Assembly: GCA_016124805.1 (NCBI GenBank)
Contig: WGND01000002.1
Coordinates: 16,594-80,593, forward strand
DNA from: Hyphomicrobiales bacterium
GTDB lineage: Bacteria; Pseudomonadota; Alphaproteobacteria; Parvibaculales; Parvibaculaceae
Reading direction: 5' to 3'
DNA: 64,000 nt
In this document: piece by piece, positions 40,215-49,781 of the stretch
How positions within the stretch are numbered: the stretch's first letter is position 1
How the letters are laid out: the number at the start of each line of letters is the position of its first letter
Position numbers and translations under genes: made by a program
The notes under the pieces: generated by a model
The model's database searches: none
Seen by the model: only the letters and a program-made list of their open reading frames with translations
Told to the model about the DNA's origin: nothing

Positions 40215-41615
40215 ATGGAGTACCCCCCGATGCCACCCATTGATGTTGAAATTCTGGCGCGTTTGCAATTCGCCTTCACCGTCTCGTTTCATATCCTCTT
40301 CCCCACACTCACTATCGGGCTGGCGGCGTTTCTCGTCATTCTTGAAGCGCGCTATCTGCGCAGCAAGGATGATGCCTATCTGCGTCTCTATCGCTTCTGG
40401 GTCAAAGTCTTTGCACTGACATTTGGCATGGGCGTTGTCTCCGGGCTTGTGCTTTCCTATCAGTTCGGCACCAACTGGTCGGAATATTCCCGTATCTCCG
40501 GCCCTGTTCTCGGCCCGCTGATCGGCTTTGAAGTGCTGACCGCTTTCTTTCTGGAGGCAGGCTTTCTGGGTGTCATGCTGTTTGGCTGGGACAAGGTCGG
40601 CCCGCGCCTGCATTTTCTCGCCACCTGCCTTGTCGGTTTCGGTACCTCGCTTTCAGCCTTCTGGATCCTTTCGGCCAATAGCTGGATGCAGACACCGGCT
40701 GGCGCCCATTTCGATGCCGCGCTTGGCACATTTGTCGCCGATGACTGGCTCGCCATCATCTTCAACCCGTCTTTCCCCTATCGCTTCATGCATATGATGA
40801 CGGCGTCCTTTCTGACGAGTTCACTTGTCATCGCTGGTATCTCCGCCTTTTTCCTACTGCGTCACGACGACAAAGCCTTGGCGCGTAAAGGCTTCTCCAT
40901 GGCGATGTGGGCGATTGTGATCCTCGCCCCGCTGCAGATATTCCTCGGCGATCTGCATGGCCTCAACACGCTGGAACATCAGCCGACCAAGGTCGCGGCA
41001 ATGGAAGGCAATTGGGAAACGCAATCGCGCGCACCTCTGCTGCTCTTTGCCATTCCGGACCAAAAGGCCGAGACCAATCATCTCGAACTTGGCATTCCCG
41101 GCGGCGCAAGCCTCATCCTGCGCCATTCGCTTGATGGTGTCGTGCCCGGCCTGAAAGACGTGGCCGCCGAAGACCGTCCCCCTGTCGGCATCGTCTTCTG
41201 GTCGTTCCGCGTGATGGTGGGCCTCGGCTTCATCTTCCTTGCCGTCGGCGCCTATGGACTTTATGCCCGCTGGCGCGGCACGCTTTACACCGACAAGTGG
41301 CTGGCGCGTGCCTGCCTGACGCTGACGCCTGCCGGTTTTATTGCCACGCTTGCCGGGTGGTTTGTCACCGAGGTTGGCCGTCAGCCCTATACGATCTACG
41401 GGCTGCTGCGCTCCTCCGACAGCATTTCACCCATTGTCAGCGCGTCGGCTGTGGCCACGACGCTCACCCTTTTCATCATCGTCTATGGCGGGCTCTTTGG
41501 TGCCTATCTCTATTATCTCATCAAACTGGTCCGCGCAGGCACGGCCCCCATTTCCGGTCAGGCACCAGAAGCGATGCAGGGCGCGCGGCCCGGCCTCGTT
41601 GTGCCTGCCGAATAA
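40215..41615 (+). CDS. cydA: Cytochrome bd-type ubiquinol oxidase subunit I (short Q-loop, CioA-like size)
   Basis: ..D.EILARLQFAFTVSFHILFP.LTIGL.. is the canonical CydA N-terminus. Alternative starts are TTG at 40200 and ATG at 40230. Confidence 0.9.
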   Translation: MEYPPMPPIDVEILARLQFAFTVSFHILFPTLTIGLAAFLVILEARYLRSKDDAYLRLYRFWVKVFALTFGMGVVSGLVLSYQFGTNWSEYSRISGPVLGPLIGFEVLTAFFLEAGFLGVMLFGWDKVGPRLHFLATCLVGFGTSLSAFWILSANSWMQTPAGAHFDAALGTFVADDWLAIIFNPSFPYRFMHMMTASFLTSSLVIAGISAFFLLRHDDKALARKGFSMAMWAIVILAPLQIFLGDLHGLNTLEHQPTKVAAMEGNWETQSRAPLLLFAIPDQKAETNHLELGIPGGASLILRHSLDGVVPGLKDVAAEDRPPVGIVFWSFRVMVGLGFIFLAVGAYGLYARWRGTLYTDKWLARACLTLTPAGFIATLAGWFVTEVGRQPYTIYGLLRSSDSISPIVSASAVATTLTLFIIVYGGLFGAYLYYLIKLVRAGTAPISGQAPEAMQGARPGLVVPAE

Positions 41616-41636
41616 CCCCGCAGAGGAGAGCGACAA

Positions 41637-42641
41637 ATGGATTTGGCTCTGATTGCGGCAATCGCCATCGCCGCCGGTATCTTGATCTATATCGTGTTGG
41701 ACGGCTTTGACCTCGGCGTCGGTATTCTCTTTCCCTTCGCGCCGGATGACCGCTCGCGCGACATGATGATGAATTCTGTTGCGCCGGTCTGGGACGGCAA
41801 TGAGACATGGCTCATTCTGGGCGGTGGGGGCCTGCTGGTCTTCTTCCCGCTCGCCTATTCCATCGTCCTGCCTGCGTTCTACATGCCCATCATGTCGCTG
41901 CTCTTTGCACTCATCTTTCGCGGTGTCGCCTTCGAGTTCCGGCATTCGGCCCATACCAGCCAGCATATCTGGGACAAGGCTTTCTTCTGGGGCTCGCTCA
42001 TCGCCGCCTTCTCACAGGGCGTGCTTGTCGGCGCGCTCGTGCAGGGCATCACGGTCGTTGATGGCCGCTTTGCTGGCGGCATGTTTGACTGGTTGACGCC
42101 CTTCTCGCTGCTCACCGGCCTCGGCGTCGTCGTCGGTTACGGGCTGCAGGGATCGACCTGGCTTGTGATGAAAACGGAAAACGAGATGCAGGACTGGGCG
42201 CGGCGCGCGGCGGTGATGCTGGGCGGTGGCCTGCTGATCGTGCTTGGCGCTGTCAGCATTCTCACGCCCCTGCTGCGCCCGGCCATTGCCGAGCGCTGGT
42301 TTGGTGGCATCAACATTCTCTTTGTCGCGCCTGTGCCGCTGCTCACGCTCTGCTTTGCGGGCCTGCTTTATTATGGCCTCTTCACAAAACGCGAAGTGAT
42401 GCCCTTCATCGCCTCCATAGCGCTTTTCGTGCTGGCCTTTGCCGGGCTCGGCATCAGCCTCTTTCCCCATATCGTGCCGCCAAGCGTGACCATCTGGGAT
42501 GCGGCGGCACCGCCCTCCAGCATGATCTTTGCGCTGATCGGTGTGGCCATCACGCTGCCGATGGTGCTTGGCTATACGGTCTATGCCTATAGCGTCTTCA
42601 AGGGAAAGGTGAGCGCGGAGGGCGGCTATGCCAAGCACTGA
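41637..42641 (+). CDS. cydB: Cytochrome bd-type ubiquinol oxidase subunit II
   Basis: 334 aa with YIVLDGFDLGVGIL.PF and WDGNETWL motifs. Confidence 0.9.
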   Translation: MDLALIAAIAIAAGILIYIVLDGFDLGVGILFPFAPDDRSRDMMMNSVAPVWDGNETWLILGGGGLLVFFPLAYSIVLPAFYMPIMSLLFALIFRGVAFEFRHSAHTSQHIWDKAFFWGSLIAAFSQGVLVGALVQGITVVDGRFAGGMFDWLTPFSLLTGLGVVVGYGLQGSTWLVMKTENEMQDWARRAAVMLGGGLLIVLGAVSILTPLLRPAIAERWFGGINILFVAPVPLLTLCFAGLLYYGLFTKREVMPFIASIALFVLAFAGLGISLFPHIVPPSVTIWDAAAPPSSMIFALIGVAITLPMVLGYTVYAYSVFKGKVSAEGGYAKH

Positions 42642-42762
42642 GAAGACTTCATCAGAGCCATCAACAGGTCGCAAGCTGCTCTGGTTTCTCGGGCTGTGGG
42701 CGGCAGGCGTCGTCAGCGTGGCGGCCTTTGCCTATGGCGTGCGGGCAATGCTCGGACTCTGA
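42628..42762 (+). CDS. Small membrane protein, DUF2474-like (putative accessory subunit of cio-type bd oxidase); not in the supplied ORF track
   Basis: My own translation gives MPSTEKTSSEPSTGRKLLWFLGLWAAGVVSVAAFAYGVRAMLGL (44 aa, one transmembrane segment). The ATG overlaps the end of cydB by 14 nt. Confidence 0.55.
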   Translation: MPSTEKTSSEPSTGRKLLWFLGLWAAGVVSVAAFAYGVRAMLGL

Positions 42763-44232
42763 TCAGTCATTGCGGTCGATGACCGGCAGACCAAAGGGGG
42801 AAATGCCGCGCACATTATCCTCAACCCGCAGACGCCGCTTCAGGGGCGGGAAGGCGCGCTGAGCGCAATCGGTGCGCTCGCAGAGACGGCAGTTCACCCC
42901 GATCGGCATCGCCGCGCGCTCATCCTCCAGATCATAGCCGCGGCTATAGACGAGCTTGCGGGCATGGCCGATTTCGCAACCCAGCCCCACGGCATATTGG
43001 TCACCTGGCACGCCAATGCCTGAGCCTGCGCGGCTTACCGTGCGGGCAATGGAAAAATAGCGCGTCCCGTCTTCCATCTGCACGACCTGCGTATAGATGT
43101 TGCCCGGCACACGGAACGCATCATGCACATTCCAGCGCGGGCAGGTGCCGCCGAAGCGGGCGAAATGAAAACCGGCCGCCGAGAAGCGCTTGGAAACATT
43201 GCCGGCATTGTCGACGCGAATGAGAAAGAAGGGGATGCCGCGCGCACCGGGACGTTGCAGCGTTGTCAGGCGATGACAGACCTGCTCGAAGCTTGTCCCG
43301 AAACGGCGCCCGAGAAGGCGCAGGTCATAGCTTGTTTCCTCTGCTGTTCGGAAAAAGGGACCATAGGGCATGAGCAACGCGGCGGCGAAATAATTGGCGA
43401 GCGCCACGCGCAGATAGCGTTGCGCTTCGTCATCCTCCAGCCCCGAACTCTCGACAATGTCTTCCATGATGCGGGACTGCTCGAAATAGCCCAGCTGATA
43501 GGCAAGCTGGAAGGAGCGTCCCGGCTGGTCGAGCAGTTCGGAGAGAAAGATTGTCTGGCGATGGCGGTCATAACGGCGCAGCTCGCCCGAGACGAGATCA
43601 GCGGGCACGATGCGGGTGGTCACGCCATGGAGATCACGCAGCGTATTGCGCAGGATCACATAGGGCTCGTCACTACCAATGCCGGCCGTCACATAAAGAC
43701 GCTCGGCGGCCTCATCCAGCGCGGGGAAATGGTTTTTCCGGCTATTGATGAAGTCGCGCACCTCTTCCAGCGGCAGGCCGGTTGCCTCCGCCCCCTCGCC
43801 CATGTCGCGGTCGGCCAGACGCTCGGCCAGCATGGCGCTGTTGGTGCTGGCCTCCTGATAGGCGCTGTAAAGATGGGAAACGGCATCGGCGAGCGCCGGG
43901 CTCACCGCCGAGACCTCCTTGAGCTCCTGAATGGTGATGTCGGTATCGCGGAAGATCGGATCGGTGAAGATTTCGCGCAGCGCGGTCAGCGCCTGGGCTT
44001 CCTCGTCGCCGCCCAGGCTGCGCAGGTCCACATCATAGGTATCAGCAAGCTTGAGCAGGATCTGGACGGAGACCGGCCGCTGGTTGCGCTCGATCAGATT
44101 GAGATAACTCGCTGAAATCGCCAGTTCCTCCGCCATGCGCGCCTGGGTGAGGCCGCGCTCGCGCCTTAACCGCCTAATGCGCGGGCCGGCAAAGACTTTT
44201 TTCTCTGACGCCATGGGAATGCTCGTCTGCAA
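42763..44232 (-). CDS. XRE-family transcriptional regulator with ImmA/IrrE-like peptidase and DUF2083 regions (RamB/ScfR-like regulator of the glyoxylate shunt or short-chain acyl-CoA metabolism)
   Basis: The N-terminal HTH is G.RIRRLRRERGLTQA.MAEEL.IS.SYLNLIE.NQRPVS. The body is long (489 aa) with C-terminal Cys residues, and the gene is divergent from aceB-aceA. Confidence 0.8.
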   Translation of the reverse strand: MQTSIPMASEKKVFAGPRIRRLRRERGLTQARMAEELAISASYLNLIERNQRPVSVQILLKLADTYDVDLRSLGGDEEAQALTALREIFTDPIFRDTDITIQELKEVSAVSPALADAVSHLYSAYQEASTNSAMLAERLADRDMGEGAEATGLPLEEVRDFINSRKNHFPALDEAAERLYVTAGIGSDEPYVILRNTLRDLHGVTTRIVPADLVSGELRRYDRHRQTIFLSELLDQPGRSFQLAYQLGYFEQSRIMEDIVESSGLEDDEAQRYLRVALANYFAAALLMPYGPFFRTAEETSYDLRLLGRRFGTSFEQVCHRLTTLQRPGARGIPFFLIRVDNAGNVSKRFSAAGFHFARFGGTCPRWNVHDAFRVPGNIYTQVVQMEDGTRYFSIARTVSRAGSGIGVPGDQYAVGLGCEIGHARKLVYSRGYDLEDERAAMPIGVNCRLCERTDCAQRAFPPLKRRLRVEDNVRGISPFGLPVIDRND

Positions 44233-44255
44233 AGGGGCTCAATGTGATCAGAATA

Positions 44256-44313
44256 ATTTACAAGATTTACATTCACAACAGAATCTTACAAAAAATCTGT
44301 CAAGTTATTTACT
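44256..44313. promoter_or_regulatory. AT-rich divergent control region with four ATTTAC(A/T)/CTTACA-like repeats and dyad ACAGA-N13-TCTGT
   Basis: ATTTACA at 44256-62 and 44265-71, TCTTACA at 44284-90, and ATTTACT at 44307-13. Confidence 0.3.
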
Positions 44314-44421
44314 TCAATTATATCAATAACTTAGTTTCTCCTAGCCAGTCTTCTGTTGTGGTTGTATGACCCCACTCAAGATAAGCCCTCGGGTCCCCTG
44401 AACAAACTGGAGACAGATTGC

Positions 44422-46038
44422 ATGAGTGATGCAGCCAAGCAGGCCGATAGCGGCATTGAAATCACCGGCGTCATGAAGCCCGGCTATGATGCCATTCTCT
44501 CCTCTGAAGCGCTGGCCTTCCTCGCCGATCTGGAGCGCCGTTTCGGTACCCGTCGTCGCGAACTTCTCGCCGCGCGCGCCGAACGCCAGAAGCGTTTCGA
44601 TGCCGGCGAGTTGCCCGACTTTCTCGCCAGCACCAAGGACATCCGTGAAGGTGACTGGAAAGTCGCGCCGATCCCCAAGGACCTGCTCGACCGCCGCGTG
44701 GAAATCACCGGTCCGGTTGATAACCGCAAGATGGTCATCAATGCGCTGAATTCCGGCGCCCAGTCCTACATGACCGACTTTGAAGATGCCGCAGCGCCGA
44801 CATGGGACAACATGATCGGCGGCCAGATCAATGTCCGCGACTATTGGGATGGCGATATCGGTTTCCGCGAACCCTCCTCGGGCAAATCCTATGAAGTGAT
44901 CGACAAGCCGGCGACGCTGATCGTGCGTCCGCGCGGCTGGCATCTCGACGAAGCACATCTGCGTATCGACGGTCAGCCCATGTCCGGCTCGCTTTTCGAT
45001 TTTGGCCTCGCCTTTTTCCACAATGCCAAAAAGCAGATCGCCAAGGGCTCAGGGCCCTATTTCTACCTGCCCAAGATGGAAAGCCATCTGGAAGCGCGGC
45101 TGTGGAATGATGTTTTCGAGCATGCCCAGAAGCAGCTTGGCGTGAAGAATGGCAGCATCAAGGTAACGGTGCTGATCGAAACGCTGCCCGCCGCCTTCGA
45201 GATGCATGAAATTCTCTATGAACTGCGCCAGCACATTGTCGGCCTCAATTGCGGCCGCTGGGATTACATCTTCAGCTACATCAAGCGGCTGGGCAAAAAC
45301 CCCAACTACATCCTGCCCGACCGTGCACAGGTGGTGATGGGCAATGCCTTCCTGAATGCCTATTCGCTGCTGCTGGTGAAGACCTGCCATGAGCGCGGCG
45401 CCTTCGCCATGGGTGGCATGGCCGCCCAGATTCCGGTCAAGGGCAATGAAGAGGCCAATCTCGCCGCCTTCAACAAGGTGCGGGCCGACAAGGAACGCGA
45501 AGCAGGCAATGGCCATGACGGCACATGGGTGGCACATCCCGATCTCGTGGCTGTGGCCATGGAAGTGTTTGGCAAGCTTTCCGGCCCCAACCAGCTGTCG
45601 CGCCAGCGCCAGGATGTGAATGTGGGCCAGGCCGAGCTGATTGAACCGCATAAGGGTGAACGCACCGAAGAAGGCATGCGCGAATGCTGCCGCGTTGGCG
45701 TGCAATATATCGAAGCCTGGCTCGGTGGCCGCGGTGCCGTGCCGCTTTACAATCTGATGGAAGATGCGGCGACGGCCGAAATCAGCCGCACGCAGATCTG
45801 GCAGTGGATTTATCACGGCGCCACGCTGAGCGACGGTCGCAAGGTGACCCCTGAATTCTTCAACGAAGTTCTGGCTGATGAAATGGATAGCCTGCGCAAG
45901 ACGCTGGGTGAAACCGTCTGGACCAAAGGCCATTTCGACGCTGCCATCAAACTGTTCTCGGAAATGACCACTGCCGAAGATTGCCCGGAATTCCTAACCC
46001 TTCCGGCTTATGACCTGCTGCTTGAGCAGGGCTACTAA
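44422..46038 (+). CDS. aceB: Malate synthase A
   Basis: MTDFEDA..PTW and the RPRGWHL pattern, with a length of about 538 aa. The start is trimmed to the ATG at 44422, which follows GGAGACAG. Confidence 0.92.
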   Translation: MSDAAKQADSGIEITGVMKPGYDAILSSEALAFLADLERRFGTRRRELLAARAERQKRFDAGELPDFLASTKDIREGDWKVAPIPKDLLDRRVEITGPVDNRKMVINALNSGAQSYMTDFEDAAAPTWDNMIGGQINVRDYWDGDIGFREPSSGKSYEVIDKPATLIVRPRGWHLDEAHLRIDGQPMSGSLFDFGLAFFHNAKKQIAKGSGPYFYLPKMESHLEARLWNDVFEHAQKQLGVKNGSIKVTVLIETLPAAFEMHEILYELRQHIVGLNCGRWDYIFSYIKRLGKNPNYILPDRAQVVMGNAFLNAYSLLLVKTCHERGAFAMGGMAAQIPVKGNEEANLAAFNKVRADKEREAGNGHDGTWVAHPDLVAVAMEVFGKLSGPNQLSRQRQDVNVGQAELIEPHKGERTEEGMRECCRVGVQYIEAWLGGRGAVPLYNLMEDAATAEISRTQIWQWIYHGATLSDGRKVTPEFFNEVLADEMDSLRKTLGETVWTKGHFDAAIKLFSEMTTAEDCPEFLTLPAYDLLLEQGY

Positions 46039-46077
46039 ACCCATCGCCTTCCCGCTTGTATCCAAAGAGGAAAAATT

Positions 46078-47370
46078 ATGAGCAAGACGTTCTATGATCT
46101 CATCCCCGGCGCCCCGAAGGGCCGCTTCGACAATGTGAAGCGCAACTACTCCGTTGAAGACGTGGAGAAGCTGCGCGGCTCCTTCCCCATCGAGTACACG
46201 CTGGCCACACGTGGCGCCAACAAGCTCTGGGAACTGCTGCACACAACCGACTATGTGCATTCGCTCGGCGCCCTTTCCGGCAACCAGGCCATGCAGATGG
46301 CGCGCGCTGGCCTGAAAGCCATCTATCTCTCCGGTTGGCAGGTTGCCGCTGACGCCAACACAGCCGGCGCCATGTATCCCGACCAGTCGCTTTATCCCGC
46401 CAATGCCGGTCCCGAGCTTGCCAAGAAGATCAACCGTGCGCTGAAGCGCGCCGACGAGATCGAGCATTCCGAAGGCGGCGCCAAGCGCGACTGGTTCCTG
46501 CCGATCGTGGCTGACGCAGAGGCCGGTTTCGGTGGCCCGCTCAACTGCTTCGAAATCATGAAGGCCTATATCGAAGCCGGTGCGTCTGGCGTTCACTACG
46601 AAGACCAGCTCGCCTCGGAAAAGAAGTGCGGCCATCTCGGCGGCAAGGTTCTGATCCCGAGCCGTGCCCATGAGCGCAACCTGAACGCCGCCCGTCTTGC
46701 TGCTGACGTGATGGGCACGCCCACACTGATCATGGCGCGTACGGACGCTGAATCTGCCAACCTCATCACATCCGATATCGATGAGCGCGATCATGAATTC
46801 ATCGATTTCGACGCCGGTCGCACGGTTGAAGGCTTCTACCGCCTGAAGCCCGGCACGGGTGTTGATCACTGCATCAAGCGCGGCCTCTCCTTTGCCCCTT
46901 ATGCCGACCTGCTGTGGTGGGAAACGTCGAAGCCGAATCTCGACGATGCACGCCGCTTTGCTGAAGCCGTCAAGAAAGAATATCCCGACCAGCTTCTCGC
47001 CTATAACTGCTCGCCTTCCTTCAACTGGGAAGCCAATCTGGACAAGGCCACGATCGAGACCTTCCAGAAAGAAATCGCAGCCATGGGCTACAAGTATCAG
47101 TTCGTGACGCTGGCTGGCTTCCACCAGCTCAACCACGGCATGTTCGAACTGGCTTCCGGCTACCGCGATCGCGGCATGGGCGCCTATTCGGAACTGCAGC
47201 AGGCTGAGTTCGCTTCCGAAGCCAAGGGCTACACCGCCACGCGTCACCAGCGCGAAGTCGGCACAGGCTATTTCGACATGGTGTCGATTGCCGCTGCCGG
47301 TGGCGAAAGCTCCACAACAGCTCTGGGCGATTCCACAGAGGCTGCACAGTTCAAGAAGGCCAGCCACTAA
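46078..47370 (+). CDS. aceA: Isocitrate lyase
   Basis: KKCGHLGGK signature, 430 aa, and a [12 protein letters not shown] motif. Confidence 0.95.
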   Translation: MSKTFYDLIPGAPKGRFDNVKRNYSVEDVEKLRGSFPIEYTLATRGANKLWELLHTTDYVHSLGALSGNQAMQMARAGLKAIYLSGWQVAADANTAGAMYPDQSLYPANAGPELAKKINRALKRADEIEHSEGGAKRDWFLPIVADAEAGFGGPLNCFEIMKAYIEAGASGVHYEDQLASEKKCGHLGGKVLIPSRAHERNLNAARLAADVMGTPTLIMARTDAESANLITSDIDERDHEFIDFDAGRTVEGFYRLKPGTGVDHCIKRGLSFAPYADLLWWETSKPNLDDARRFAEAVKKEYPDQLLAYNCSPSFNWEANLDKATIETFQKEIAAMGYKYQFVTLAGFHQLNHGMFELASGYRDRGMGAYSELQQAEFASEAKGYTATRHQREVGTGYFDMVSIAAAGGESSTTALGDSTEAAQFKKASH

Positions 47371-47405
47371 GCTGCCGCCTAGGACTGATTGACCAAGACA
47401 GATGG

Positions 47406-47441
47406 AGGCCGCGGGGTTACGATCCTGCGGCCTTTCTTTTG
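47406..47441 (+). terminator. Rho-independent terminator after aceA
   Basis: AGGCCGC-N14-GCGGCCT followed by TTCTTTTG. Confidence 0.6.
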
Positions 47442-47464
47442 CTTTCCACTTCAGGATATTTCTC

Positions 47465-47944
47465 ATGCCGAAATTCGCCACGACCGATCTCTCCGACGCC
47501 CATCCAGAGGTTCAGCATTGTGAGCCCGTGTTTGGCGACTACGGCGCGCATGAGAGCTTTCATGGCCCCGTGACGACGCTCAAATGCTTCGAAGACAATG
47601 CCAAGGTACGTGAAGCCCTTGAGAAGCCGGGTCAGGGACGCGTGCTGGTGGTGGATGGCGGCGGCTCGCTGCGCTGCGCGCTGTTCGGTGGCAATCTGGG
47701 CAAGCTGGCCGAAGTCAACGGCTGGGCCGGTGTCGTCATCAATGGCTGCGTGCGCGACACATCCGAACTGGAAGAATGCACGATTGGCGTCAAGGCGCTG
47801 GCAGCGCACCCCAAAAAGAGTGACAAACAGGGTGTGGGCTATTTCGACCAGCCGGTGACATTCGCCATGGTCACAATCCACCCGGGCGACTGGCTCTATG
47901 CCGATGGGGATGGCGTGATTATTTCGCGCACGGAATTGCGCTGA
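47465..47944 (+). CDS. rraA: RraA family protein (RNase E regulator / HMG-CHA aldolase-like)
   Basis: [34 protein letters not shown] motifs. The start is trimmed to the ATG at 47465. Confidence 0.8.
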   Translation: MPKFATTDLSDAHPEVQHCEPVFGDYGAHESFHGPVTTLKCFEDNAKVREALEKPGQGRVLVVDGGGSLRCALFGGNLGKLAEVNGWAGVVINGCVRDTSELEECTIGVKALAAHPKKSDKQGVGYFDQPVTFAMVTIHPGDWLYADGDGVIISRTELR

Positions 47945-47963
47945 AGACCTGTCGGTTCAGAAA

Positions 47964-48173
47964 TCAGGCGGCCGGGTAGAAGTGAGAAAAAAGAGCCCAG
48001 AAGCCTGTACCCAGGACCAGAAATGAAACAGCGATGACGCCGAGGAAGACAAGATAATCCGTCATGCGGGCCGGTTCTTCCGCCCACAGACCATTTTCCT
48101 GAACAATATCTTCAATCTGCATCATATCCGCATTCCTGACGACCCGGGGATAATCGGTATCAACAATCGCCAT
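47964..48173 (-). CDS. Hypothetical small membrane protein (one C-terminal transmembrane segment)
   Basis: 69 aa counted from the ATG at 48173, which follows GGAGGAA. No family was recognised. Confidence 0.4.
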   Translation of the reverse strand: MAIVDTDYPRVVRNADMMQIEDIVQENGLWAEEPARMTDYLVFLGVIAVSFLVLGTGFWALFSHFYPAA

Positions 48174-48291
48174 GCTTTCCTCCATCGCAGCCTTTGCCGC
48201 GCCGGTTCAGTTGCTTCGATGAAGTGCCTTTGGCCTTGCTACATCTCCGCCGGGGGCTTTTTCAAGCATCCGACAGGCATATCCGAATCGG

Positions 48292-48343
48292 TTTAAAATA
48301 AAGGAAATTGATCCATATCGCATCAATATTTGCTGAATTTCCT
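48292..48343 (-). terminator. Rho-independent terminator of speH-speE
   Basis: On the - strand, AGGAAATT...AATTTCCT (an 8-bp stem with a nested ATTGAT/ATCAAT pairing) is followed by TTATTTTAAA, 6 nt after the speE stop. Confidence 0.6.
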
Positions 48344-48348
48344 GCCTG

Positions 48349-49233
48349 TCAGGCGGGCGCCATGATGTCGATCACATATTGCGGTAGAGCAAAGGCGGCC
48401 TTGTGCACGTCAGGCGTGTAATAGCGCATGGCAATATCTGCCTGTTTAAAACGCTGCCTCAGATCTGCCAGCGAGACATCTGTTAACTGATTATTATCCG
48501 TACCCCAACCCATGGCCATGGGGCCCCCGACATAGGTGGGGATGGTGGCGAGGTAACAGGTCGCCACGCTGAAGAGACGCCCAAATTTCTCCATTGTGCC
48601 TTTGAGCTCGCTGCCCTGCATGAAGGGGACGCCATTCTGCGTCACAAGCACGCCGCCCTCGGCAAGGCGCATCTCCGCCCCATGATAGAAATCTTCGCGG
48701 AACAGCACTTCGCCCGGGCCGACCGGATCAGTCGAGTCGACGATGATCACGTCGAAACTGTCCGGGCAGTCATGCACAAATTTCGCACCGTCAGCAAAGA
48801 CGAGATTCAATCGTGGATCGTCAAAGGCACCTGCCGAGACAGAGGTCAACTGCTTCTTTGAGAATTCCGTGACCGCGGGATCGATCTCCACCATGGTGAC
48901 ATGCTCGACATCCTTGTGGCGGACCACTTCGCGCAGAATGCCCCCGTCGCCACCACCGATAATCAGCACCCGCTTCACCGCGCCATGCGCGAAGATCGGC
49001 ACATGGGTCATCATCTCGTGATAGATGAACTCGTCGCGCTCGGTCACCTGCGTGGCACCATCCAGCGCCATCATGCGGCCAAAGAAAGCATTCTCGAAAA
49101 TCACGAGATGCTGCTCTGATGTCTTTTCCTCGTAAAGCACCTTGTCGGCGCGATAAGAGGTAAGAAAGCCTTCAGGCTTGTGAAGGCTTTCTTCGATCCA
49201 GCGTTCGTCCGACAAAGCTTTGTCCGACATCAA
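48349..49233 (-). CDS. speE: Spermidine synthase (polyamine aminopropyltransferase)
   Basis: LIIGGGDGG.LREV, VDSTDPVGPG motifs. Its start overlaps the speH stop. Confidence 0.9.
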   Translation of the reverse strand: MMSDKALSDERWIEESLHKPEGFLTSYRADKVLYEEKTSEQHLVIFENAFFGRMMALDGATQVTERDEFIYHEMMTHVPIFAHGAVKRVLIIGGGDGGILREVVRHKDVEHVTMVEIDPAVTEFSKKQLTSVSAGAFDDPRLNLVFADGAKFVHDCPDSFDVIIVDSTDPVGPGEVLFREDFYHGAEMRLAEGGVLVTQNGVPFMQGSELKGTMEKFGRLFSVATCYLATIPTYVGGPMAMGWGTDNNQLTDVSLADLRQRFKQADIAMRYYTPDVHKAAFALPQYVIDIMAPA

Positions 49234-49781
49234 ACCATGCCGCTTCCGCGACGATGCTCATCGACGCGAATGTCAGACGGTGTGAATGCTTCACGCAGTA
49301 CCTCAATGGCGTTGTGCGGTTCGGCATCGCCACACATGAAAACATCAAGGGCTGCATAATCAGCTTCAGGCCATGTGTGGATCGAGATATGGCTTTCAGA
49401 AAGGACCGCCACACCCGACACGCCGCCATTGGGCGTGAAGTGATGCAGATGGATGTGCAGCAGCGTTGCCTTGGACACTTCCACACAACGGACAATCGCC
49501 GCTTCAATATATGCAATATCGTCCAGGCGGCTTGCGCCGATCAGATCGATGATCAGATGCGTGCCAGCAAATTTCACGCCGTCGCGGACAATGAAGAAGT
49601 CCTTGCGGTCTTCGGCATGATGGCGCGGCCCTTCGGACAGCGTTTCATGGGCTGCAATGGCATCGTGATCCAGCCCGCGAGCTGGTGTGGAAACGGGGAA
49701 CTCGAGAACTTCCGCGCGGGGTTTGCCTGATTTCGTGGTCAGGTCATCGCCCGTCTGAAAGAGAGCATTGGATTCGGACAT
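49230..49781 (-). CDS. speH: S-adenosylmethionine decarboxylase proenzyme (pyruvoyl-dependent, SpeH/SpeD type)
   Basis: LSESHISIHTWPE is the self-cleavage motif, with DVFMCG downstream. It has an N-terminal extension of about 55 aa. Confidence 0.85.
   Translation of the reverse strand: MSESNALFQTGDDLTTKSGKPRAEVLEFPVSTPARGLDHDAIAAHETLSEGPRHHAEDRKDFFIVRDGVKFAGTHLIIDLIGASRLDDIAYIEAAIVRCVEVSKATLLHIHLHHFTPNGGVSGVAVLSESHISIHTWPEADYAALDVFMCGDAEPHNAIEVLREAFTPSDIRVDEHRRGSGMV

Noticed and set aside
45994-47481. 495-aa ORF on the - strand
   Set aside because: It is antisense to isocitrate lyase, whose KKCGHLGGK signature is on the + strand. It is a shadow ORF.
48311-48326. TTGAT-N9-ATCAA near speE, considered as an FNR-type site
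   Set aside because: The spacing is wrong (N9, not N4). It lies inside the stem of the speHE terminator hairpin, which explains the symmetry.
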